NCBI GenBank assembly: GCA_963675525.2
Contig: CAXXSL010000002.1
Coordinates: forward strand, 1-64,000
Reading direction: 5' to 3'
Source of the DNA: Anaerohalosphaeraceae bacterium
GTDB lineage: Bacteria; Planctomycetota; Phycisphaerae; Sedimentisphaerales; Anaerohalosphaeraceae
DNA length: 64,000 bases
Shown here one piece after another: positions 28,226 to 37,486 of this stretch. Position numbers and translations under genes: made by a program. Positions within the stretch are counted from its first letter, which is position 1. Every line of letters starts with the position of its first letter. Below the pieces are notes generated by a model. That model was not told the origin of the DNA. It was given only the letters and a program-made list of their open reading frames with translations, and did not search any database.

Positions 28226-29419
28226 ATGCAAAAAGCAGGTTCAAGGGAAAGTTCTACGGATAAATCAAGCCTGACAAAAAAGCTTCGTTCTTTATGGCCG
28301 TTTGCGTTTATCCCGTTGGCGATAATATATGTCTATGTCACGTCCTATTTCGGATTTGATTGGCTTTGCGCTAAAAGTTTTCATGAACCCCTTGCCCTTC
28401 CGATTGTCGGCATGTCCGTTTTAAGCTTCTTTTGGCTTGCGTGTAAGACAAGGAATGAGTTGACCGTTGCGATGACACTTCTGAATGTTGCATTTTTCTG
28501 CAGAGAGTGGCACTTTGCCGGAACTGACAGGGGAATCTATATTGCGATCAGTCTTTTTGCCGGGTGGTTTGTTTATCGCAGAGAACAGATAGAAGAAATG
28601 ATTACGGGGAAAAAGATCAAAATATGGTTGTTCGCGACAGCGTCCTGCTATCTATTTTCTCAGATTCTGGCCCGGCGTGTTTTTTCGGTAAACCATTTGG
28701 GACTATTGCCACGGGAAGGGGAGTATTTTATCTCGTTCGAAGAGACGATGGAAGGGACGGCGCATGTGCTGATGTTCATCACCAGCATGATTGCATGGGC
28801 AACATTTTATTTTAACCGAAAAAAGACGGATTCAATTCAGCCAAAACAGCAGTCCAAAGGAATCTTGGGTTATACAAAACCCGCATTGTCGGCATTGGTT
28901 GTGTTTTTGATTGTGGGCGGATCTGTTTGGTATCACAAGACTCGGCCGTATCATTTTAGAGTCGTAACGCCTGGAATTTTGTACCGCAGTGGCTGGATGG
29001 AACCCGCCGACACAAACAAAATAATAAGTAAGTACGGCATTCGAACAGTGGTTAATCTGTGTATGCCGGAGGAGTCTACATATCTTGAAAATTACACGGA
29101 CGAGCAGCGCATTTGTCAAAAAAACGATGTGACGATTATCAATATTCCAATGCCAGGTAACACTCCGCCGACCGAGCAACAAGCGGCCCTGTGGCTGAAC
29201 GTGCTGAACGATAAAAAAAGACAGCCTATTCTTGTCCATTGTGCTCAGGGAGCCACCAGAACCGCGGCAATGGTAGCTGTTTACCAAATGGAGTTTTTGG
29301 GTAAAGATGGCCGCGAAGCACTGAAAGGCCTGCATACCTTTGGGCATAAACTAAACGAGCCTAAACGTAAAAAAATATATGACTTTATATCCAATTACGA
29401 CGCTGAGAAAGGTTCTTAG
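28226..29419 (+). CDS. Membrane protein fused to a C-terminal protein-tyrosine/dual-specificity phosphatase domain
   Basis: About 7 TM segments, then LYRSG, IRTVVNL and PILVHCAQGATRT (CX5R). Confidence 0.8.
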   Translation: MQKAGSRESSTDKSSLTKKLRSLWPFAFIPLAIIYVYVTSYFGFDWLCAKSFHEPLALPIVGMSVLSFFWLACKTRNELTVAMTLLNVAFFCREWHFAGTDRGIYIAISLFAGWFVYRREQIEEMITGKKIKIWLFATASCYLFSQILARRVFSVNHLGLLPREGEYFISFEETMEGTAHVLMFITSMIAWATFYFNRKKTDSIQPKQQSKGILGYTKPALSALVVFLIVGGSVWYHKTRPYHFRVVTPGILYRSGWMEPADTNKIISKYGIRTVVNLCMPEESTYLENYTDEQRICQKNDVTIINIPMPGNTPPTEQQAALWLNVLNDKKRQPILVHCAQGATRTAAMVAVYQMEFLGKDGREALKGLHTFGHKLNEPKRKKIYDFISNYDAEKGS

Positions 29420-29508
29420 TTTATCATTACAGTGGGTTTGATCAGGATCAGCAGTCGTTGTTTTTCTTCGGAACCGGCATTCTCATCTTTTTGTTTGGTT
29501 TTCAGTCC
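29416..29508 (-). pseudogene. Orphan C-terminal remnant of a secretin-like gene
   Basis: Minus frame reads GLKTKQKDENAGSEEKQRLLILIKPTVMIN*, matching ELTTEQKDAETVSKQKQRLLILIKPTVI of the 30555 gene; no start codon. Confidence 0.7.
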
Positions 29509-30551
29509 TCAGGCAACGGCGGGTATAATTTTTTCAGACAATCCATAATTATTTTACCGTCGACATCGATGACTTTGCCGTCCTGAAAGATAAATGTTTC
29601 GCTGGGAGGAAGGGCGCGAAACCAAACCTGGGTCCCGTTGGGGATATCATCCGGCAGAAAAGAGCCAAGTTTCTCATGATCCGGATCAAGAATGATCTGG
29701 GTGAAAGAAATTTCGCATTCCTCGTTTGTGTGAATATCATTTGAATGACTGACACGTTTCATTTTAGAGGTTTTCGGCAGCCATACTTCACCGACTTTTT
29801 CAAATTCCACCACTTCAAACAGCCCTTTTGCAGTTGCATTTTCTCTGAGAACATCGTCATAAATACGATCTCCGGATTTTCGCTGAACCCTGATACGCGC
29901 AATGTGAAAATCATGAACCGGATCGATCCAGACCGTATACTCGCCTCTGCCCGGCACAGTTGCTTCTAGGACATAACAATCTACTCCGCGAACATTGTTT
30001 CTTTTTTCCCGCAGTTGAAGCGTAGCAAACGTCTGCAAAAAAAGCTCATTGATCGGAACATCATCACCCCAATGGTATCCCATGATTTCCCCGAAATGCG
30101 TATGTTTGAAGGATTCTGAACAGACTTTTTCATGATCGCCCGGATCACTTTTTTTTGAGATGATGACGTTGCCGGACGCTTTATTATGTCTATCAAATAT
30201 GTAACCTGTTTGACCATCCCATAAATCGCTGTGATAGTCCGCATCTTCCTCTTTGACATCCCTGTCCCGTATACTGATATCTCCCCATAGGTACGTAATA
30301 TTCTTACAGTGCTGTCCGTCAAAGCGCCATTCATGCTTTCTATACCCGGTCCCCGTCCCCTTAAATCCAGTATAGATATAAGTGCTTTTTTCATAAGATT
30401 TTACGATGAAAGAGCTTAAATTTTTCCGAGATTTGGCAAATTGCGCCAGCACCTGACGGGCATTGCTGAAATCCGGGGATTCGTCTCCCCCTGCTAAAAG
30501 GGAAAGGATCAGCAGGTAAATAACAGGCACAAATTTGAGCGGTGTCTTCAT
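29502..30551 (-). CDS. Exported ~350-aa protein of unknown function (paralog 3 of 3; possibly LolA/RseB-like fold)
   Basis: Signal peptide; WRFDG, LWDG, MGYHWGDD, YTVWIDPVHDFHIAR, DPDH..GSFLPDDIP shared with its two paralogs. Confidence 0.75.
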   Translation of the reverse strand: MKTPLKFVPVIYLLILSLLAGGDESPDFSNARQVLAQFAKSRKNLSSFIVKSYEKSTYIYTGFKGTGTGYRKHEWRFDGQHCKNITYLWGDISIRDRDVKEEDADYHSDLWDGQTGYIFDRHNKASGNVIISKKSDPGDHEKVCSESFKHTHFGEIMGYHWGDDVPINELFLQTFATLQLREKRNNVRGVDCYVLEATVPGRGEYTVWIDPVHDFHIARIRVQRKSGDRIYDDVLRENATAKGLFEVVEFEKVGEVWLPKTSKMKRVSHSNDIHTNEECEISFTQIILDPDHEKLGSFLPDDIPNGTQVWFRALPPSETFIFQDGKVIDVDGKIIMDCLKKLYPPLPED

Positions 30552-30554
30552 TTT

Positions 30555-33500
30555 CTATTTTTCCTTATTTTCGGGCTGTTCCGGTGCGATGCCTCCCATG
30601 CCGCCACCGTAGCCACCACCCATCATACCGGCGCCGCCCATCCTGCCGCCTGCGGGGATCGACGGGGCTTCCTGTTCCTGTTGTTCGATGACGGTTGGTT
30701 TGATGAGAATCAGCAGGCGCTGTTTTTGTTTTGAAACAGTTTCGGCGTCTTTTTGTTCGGTTGTCAGTTCCGGGCCGATGATCAAAATGGTTCCTTTGCT
30801 TTCGACGGTTGTATAGATGGGGATTTCCGTCACCTGCATGTAGGGGATGTCATAGCTCTTGTCGTTGTGCTGTTGGGTTCGGGTTTCGAGGATGTCTGAA
30901 ATCATGGCATGGACTTTGAGCAGGACTTCTTTGCCGTCATTTTGAATGACCGGCAGGATGTCGAGCGTGACGCCTTTGTTGATATCTTTTTCTTTGTCAT
31001 CCATGTTGAGATAACGGGTTTCCGTTTGAACCTGTATTACAGCGGATTCGTTATTCAAGACCGCAACTTTTGGAGCGGTTAATGTTTTTGCGTTTTTATG
31101 TTGCTGGGTTGCTTTGATGAGAGAACTTGTCTGCAAGTCATCCAGCACATTAAAGTTGTCAAACGGCAGGATTCGTTCGGTCAGTGGTTTTGGTTCGAGT
31201 GCGGCTTTAATCGCGTCAGAATTGGCGGGGCCTTCGATGACCTGTCCGACGATCTGGCGTGGGTCATTGATGCCGATGCCGACGTCTTCGAGGAACTTAT
31301 CATCGACCATAATAAACCGGGCTTCGATGGCGATTTGGTATTTGTATAAATCGTCTCGGACTTTCTGCAAAAATTGTTGTATCTTTTCATGCATCTCGGG
31401 CGTCTGCCAGATGATCAGCTTGCTGTTGTCGTACGAATCAATTTTGCCTTCGCCGCCGTTGTCGAACCAGGTTGAGGGCACGACGGACTGGACGATGGTT
31501 TGTTTCAGCTCTTCGAGTTTTTCGGCAGGCTGTTTGGCATCTTGTTGACCGGTATTAAAATCGCCCGGCTGTACGATAAGATCAGTGACATCATAGATCT
31601 GGGTGCGGCAGGGGGTCGGCAGGGAGGCTTTGGTGGCGACGGTGATGATACCTTCTTCGATGACAAAATCCAGAGGTATCAACCCGTCTGAAATTGTATG
31701 CAGAATGGTCTTGAGCCCGAGATCCAGGGTCATGGTGCTCAGGCCTTCAATGCCGATGGGGGTGGTTTTGTCAATGGCGGCATTGTCCTTCAGGTCGTCC
31801 CACAAGATGATGATTTTCAGCGGCGAGGTCGTACTGTTGCGGATATGGTCGATGGCTTCGGCCAACGTTGTGTTCGAGGTCAGCGGGGAAAAGTCGATTT
31901 TGGTAGCGAGTAATTGTGCCTTTTTCAGGCGTTCCGCTTCCAGGGCTTGTGGCGTATTCATCTTTTCCGCATGTCTTCGAGCAAATTCGGCCGTATTGGT
32001 AGGGTAAGGTATATTATCAACCGTCAAAAACTCACTTAATTGTTCTTTTTTGACAAATACAACATGGCCATCCGCAAAGAGCAATGTCGTGCCGTCCTGA
32101 TTTTTTAAAAGTGAATTATCATAGGCGATCATGGTCGTTGCGGTATTCGAAATATTGGTTCTGTCTTTCATCCCTAACAGAAGGACGTTGTCGAGAATCC
32201 AGTAATAGATTTCTTTGTCCAGATAGGGTTTAAGGTCTTGTAGTTCAGATGGTGGCTTCTTGTCATTATTATCCATAAACATATAATACGTGATACCCAG
32301 TTGGCGCAGGTGATTCATGCTTTCCAGGCGGGCGGTGTGTAAATCCAATGGCTGTTTGCTGTCGGATTGCGATGGACTCTGGATTTTTTCTTCCTGCTGT
32401 TTAACAATCGCGTCCCATTTTTGGGGAAATTGGACTGATTCTTCGGGCGTGCCGCCGAACCCGCCGCCCATGCCACCACCGAAACCACCACCGCCCATCC
32501 TGGCCGGAGGTGATTTTGCTGCGTCTTTTAAAGAATCTTTTTTTTTCAAAATCGTCGGCTGGATCAGCAGCAGTTCCATACCTTCTCCGGTTTCGTACCC
32601 GCCGACAGCGAATGCATATCCCGGAAGGAAAGTCACCTTCGATGTGATGCTTTGCATTGTGACACTGTCCTGACCCGCACTGATCGACCGTTGAAAATCA
32701 ATTTTCGTTCGTATACTCTTGCCGTCCGGGGCGATGTGATTATTGACTTTGAGTTTGATGTGCTCAGGACCAATTTTAACCTCTGCATCTTTATTGTCTA
32801 AAGATAATATTCTGGGATTGGCAATGATTTTGGCTTTGGGATTATGTTTAATAGTGCTGAGAAAGACTTCAAGTTTTTCAGGCGAAATCATGATCGCTTC
32901 GGACTTGTCCTGCGGAACGATCTCTTTCAGTATAGGCATATCCGCCGGAACACTGACAAGATATGCTGTTGTGAGCATCTGCGGCCGCGCATCATCTGTT
33001 GATTCCTCTGGTGTAATTGGCAAAACACCAATCTCCATGACGGTTCTATTGTGTTTGTCGATTTCAAATACCAGGCCTTTATCCTCGTAGCTAAGAACGT
33101 CTTTATACGCCGTTTCCTTAAGACGAAAATCATTGCCAAAGGCTTGTTCGACCTTCTGCTCGGAATCACCGATTCCCAAACCACTGGCGAATCTGTAAAA
33201 AGGACTAATCGCAGTCATCTCTTTGACGGAATCGTCCTGTATCCTGAAGGAAATATGATCAAAAGATATGTAGTATTTTGCCGGAAGATTCTCAAGCGTG
33301 TATCTTTGTTCCCCGTAGAAAACTAAATTCGGTTTTCCCAGACTTTCTAACACATCATCCTTGGTCATACTAAATGTGTATTTGCCAACACGCTCCCCCG
33401 GCACGATTATCTTGTCGGTGATGTTGCTATGTCCGCCTCCATAACCATCATCCGAATCGGCGTATTGGTCAGCCGGAGAGTTATTGCTATCGACTAAATC

Positions 33501-35384
33501 GGTTCTGGAGCGATATAAATTCGACAGGTTTTCTTTGAGTTCCTTATCTTGTTCCGCCGTCAATGAGGTCAGATCGGGCAACCTCTCACGCAGGGTTTTG
33601 ATTGCTGCCGGGCTAAATTTGTTTGCCGAAAGAATCTTTAACGTAAGAAATGTCTTTGCCTCATGCAAAAAGTTTAGTCCGTCATCCGTGAAATTGCCGC
33701 ATACGGTTACATAGTGCAGTTGTTTCATGTTTGCAAGAGAAGGAAGACAGTTATCTGTTAAATAGAGACTCCGGCAGTAAATTTCTGTTAAATTATCCAA
33801 ATCTTTCAAATAAGCAATTCCGGCGTCCGTAACCATGGAACTCTTTTTGCCGCCGCCAATGACTAATTGTTTTAGATTTTTCAGTTTCTTTAAACAGACT
33901 AAATCTTTGTCATAAATAGGAGCATCAAACCTGAGCAAGAGTTCCTCAAGTTTAGTTAAACCAGAAATATCGAGGCCTGAATCGTCTTGTATTATGCCGA
34001 AGTCGACTTGTAATTTTGATAGATTATGTAACGCATTCAGATGAGATAAACCTGAGATCGTGATATTTTGGCAACTACTTATATCAAGTTTTTCCAATAA
34101 CTTCAGTGTTTTCAGCCTGGCCAATCCTTCGTTTGTAATCGACTCAACATATACGAGATTAAGTTCTTTCAAATTGGTTAGCTTTGCAAGGTCATCCATT
34201 CCGATATCAGTGAACCTTATTCCGCCGATCAACAGGTATTCCAGGGATTGAAGCTTCGATACATGCTTTAGAGCGGTATTGGTGAGCGGACTGTTTGAGC
34301 TGCCGCAAACCCAAAGATGTTTCAGGTTTTTTAACGTTGCAATGTGTGCAAGACCTTTATCCGTTATGCCATTGTTGGGGAGATCCAGGTATTCTAATGA
34401 ACCGATCTGACCCAAATGCACCATCCCGGCATCTGTAATTTGTCCCTTCTGGCCCCTTTTGCCAATGTTCAGTTTCTTTAAAGACCGCATCGATGTTAAA
34501 TGTGCCAACCCGCCGTCTGTCACCTCTGTATTGAAAAGGCTTAAATCTTCCAGCCCCTTAAGGCTTGATAAATAACGCAATCCTTTGTCTGTGATCGGCA
34601 GATGATTCAGGTCGAGGGCCTTTAATGTGGTGATATTTTTCAGATGGTATAATCCCGCATCGTGAAGTTTCCGCTGTTAAGACTCAGGTCACGCAGCAAG
34701 GGTAAATCTTTCAGGCATTCTAACCCGGCATCGGTCATGCTGCCGCTATATAAACCCAACTCTTCCAGATTCGTCAACCTGGGAAGACAGTGCTTCAATC
34801 CTGCATCGCTCACCTTGTTTTCAGCCACATATAATCTTTTCAAAGCCTTCAGTTGTGCGACATAAGATAAGCCCTTATTTGTCAATTCTTTTGGCGGTAC
34901 TAACAGTTCGAGTGTTTGCAGTTTTGTGATGTGTTTCATACTTTCCGTTGTCGTTGTTGCTTGAGAAAGCCATAGACTTTTTAAGCCGGTAAGATGTGTG
35001 ATCTGTTCCATATCTTTATCGGAAAGCAGATGATTTTTTTTCTCCAGTCCATCGGCATAAATGACAACAGATATACATCATCCGGCTTGAGATTTAACAA
35101 TGGTGAAAAATCTTTAAAGGTATTTTCATATAGAAAGAGGCCCCACGATTTGACCGGCTGGTACTGTAACATCACCTTTCGCCTCCTGGTAATCAGGTTG
35201 CCCGTACCAACTTTGGAAATCATCGAGTTTCTCTTTCCCGCCGGCATCCTGAACCATGATTCTGCCCAGCGCCCGGTCTTTGGGGAAATGCAGGACACGC
35301 TGGGGTGTTGATGTCTCGGTTTCGGCGGCCATTACCGGCGAGGCCATCAAAACAGAGGATTGTGCACATCAGATATTTTGGCAT
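30555..35384 (-). CDS. Large exported LRR protein with BLIP-like, DUF1559-like, STN/N-domain and two secretin-like domains; 5' part has about 4 frameshifts, intact ORF 30555..34580
   Basis: ATG 35384 behind GAAGGA; fragments 35126..35350, 34981..35298, 34640..35011 and 30555..34580 join. LRR units L.L....ITD.GL..L; NHLRQLG...FADGHV; YQIAIEARF...TLTAPKVAVLNNESA...LLILIKPTVI. Confidence 0.75.
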
Positions 35385-35400
35385 TTTGTTTTCCTTCTAT

Positions 35401-36441
35401 TTAGTTTTCGGCTTTTCTCAGGCAATCCATGACTGTCTTGCCGTCGGCGTCGATGAACTTTTCCGTCCTGCCAAATAAACTCTTTATCAGGAGGAAAAGC
35501 TCCCAGTAAAGCCTTCGTTCCATCAGGAATATCATCCGGAAGAAAAGGCCCAAGGGCATCATGGTCCGGATTAAGGATTATCCTGGAAAAAGAAATTTCT
35601 TTTTCCTCGGTTGCATGATAATCATTCGGTTGATTGGCCTGTTTTATTTTACAGGTTTTGGGAAACCATACATCTTCTATTTTTTGAAACTCCAGCACCT
35701 CAAAGAGTTCTTTGTGCGTTTCATTTTCCTGGACAACCTGATTCCAAATACGATCCCCTGTCTTTCGCCGAACCTGTACACGAGCGATATGGAAATCATG
35801 AACCGGATCAATCCAGACGGTGTATTTTCCCCTTGCCCGGCACATCCGCTTCGATGACATAACAATCCACCCCGCCAATATTGCTTTTTTTATCTCGGCA
35901 ACCGAAGTGTTGCGGCAGATTGTAAAAACAACTCTCCAATTCGAACATCATCGCCCCAATGATACCCCATGATTTCTCCGACAGGCGTTCTTTTAAAGGC
36001 TTCCGAACAGACACCCTTTTTGTCACCACGATCGATTTTTACTCCGGAAACACGCTTGCCCACAAAAGGGTTTTTTCCATAACTGTAAATATAGGCTGTT
36101 TGCCCATCCCATAGACTGCTTTGATAATCTGCGTCTTTCTCTTTGACATCCCTGACCTTTATATTGATATCGCCCCAGAGATACCAAATACTCTTATATC
36201 GATTCCCGTCAAATCGCCATTCAAATTTACTATAGTTTATCCCTGTCCCCTTAAACCCAGGGTAAGTGTAGGTGCTTTTTTCATGGGCCTTTACGATATA
36301 AGAATTTAGGTTTTTCCGAGATTCTGCAAATTTATTCAGTAACTCCACCGCCGTAGACGTATCAGCTGCCGTAGACGTATCAGCGAAGACTGTACAGGGT
36401 AAAAAGGCCAAAACGAAGATTACAACCGTTATTTTATCCAT
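35401..36441 (-). pseudogene. Exported ~345-aa protein (paralog 2 of 3), about 3 frameshifts
   Basis: ORFs 35890..36441, 35808..36029 and 35369..35878 join and align collinearly with 29502..30551; corrected end ...VIDADGKTVMDCLRKAEN* at 35401. Confidence 0.7.
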
Positions 36442-36463
36442 GCTTATCTGCTTTCTATCGTGT

Positions 36464-37486
36464 TCATTTTATTCTCCGGCCCCCCTCGACAATTTTGCCG
36501 TCCTGCCAATAATAGTTAATTTTGGAAACACCGCTTTTGTCTATCAATCTGAACCAAGCCCCATTTTGAACATCTTCGGAGTCAAACGAGCCGATGGCAT
36601 CATGGTCCGGGTTGAATTTGTATTCACTGGCTTTGTACTGGATGGTTTCACGGTAGTTGTATTTGCCGGGAATTTTCCAGTCATAGAGAATCCTGGCTTC
36701 GACGGGAACCCATGTGCCGTCGATTTGCTCAAATTTGACATTGTCCAGGCAGGTGTAATATTGTTCGTTTTTTTCCACGTTTTTTTCGCCGCCCAGCATG
36801 TCGCCTTCTTTGCAGAGATATTTTGCTTTGGCCAGATTGCAGCCGTGGTCCGGGTCGATCCAGAGTGTGAACTTGCCTCTATCGGTAACCGCTTCAATGA
36901 CATAACACTGATAATCACCAACCGTCTGCATTTGATCGTGAACACGTATATTATCCGCATTCCGCAACAACTCATCGATGCGCTCATCATTTGCATAAAG
37001 ATACCCCAGGGCCTCATGTCCCTTAAAAGCGCGGCTTAACGCCATCGCAGTTCTTTGAACGGGGTCATAATCATGTAATTTGCTGAAAGTCCCGTGTCCC
37101 GGGTCGGATGTCATATTGGGTCTGCCGTACCACCTGTCAACCTCATGGCCAATAACCAGGCTACTTCTGTACATGGGATTGTCCTTGGGTACGTTCCGAA
37201 TCGCCAGGCTGAGATCGCCGTACATAACTTCCCGCCTATTGACCCGCATCTTGTCCCGGTCAAATCGAAAATCGTGCAGACTGTTGCTGTCACAATGGCC
37301 GCCGGGGAATTGCGGACTGAGTGATTTTATCGTATATTGTCCTGAGGTTTGTGTTTTGGCGGTAAAAGAGTTAAAGACCTCCTGTGTTTTGGCGAACTTA
37401 TCAAGGAGTTCTTTGGCAGTCGGCGTCTCATTTGAAAATGCAGACACGTTCAATAAGCAGACGATAATGCTGATACCGGCCTTCAT
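36464..37486 (-). CDS. Exported 340-aa protein of unknown function (paralog 1 of 3)
   Basis: Signal peptide; ELLDKFA, FRFD, LGY, CYVIEA..GKFTLWIDPDH, NPDHDAIGSF, WQDGKI; start overlaps the upstream stop. Confidence 0.75.
   Translation of the reverse strand: MKAGISIIVCLLNVSAFSNETPTAKELLDKFAKTQEVFNSFTAKTQTSGQYTIKSLSPQFPGGHCDSNSLHDFRFDRDKMRVNRREVMYGDLSLAIRNVPKDNPMYRSSLVIGHEVDRWYGRPNMTSDPGHGTFSKLHDYDPVQRTAMALSRAFKGHEALGYLYANDERIDELLRNADNIRVHDQMQTVGDYQCYVIEAVTDRGKFTLWIDPDHGCNLAKAKYLCKEGDMLGGEKNVEKNEQYYTCLDNVKFEQIDGTWVPVEARILYDWKIPGKYNYRETIQYKASEYKFNPDHDAIGSFDSEDVQNGAWFRLIDKSGVSKINYYWQDGKIVEGGRRIK

Noticed and set aside
36350..36385. 18-bp tandem duplication (ADTSTA x2)
   Set aside because: Short low-complexity linker after the signal peptide; no wider significance evident
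36440..37039. 199-aa plus-strand ORF
   Set aside because: Antisense to the 36464..37486 gene, which has two paralogs supporting it
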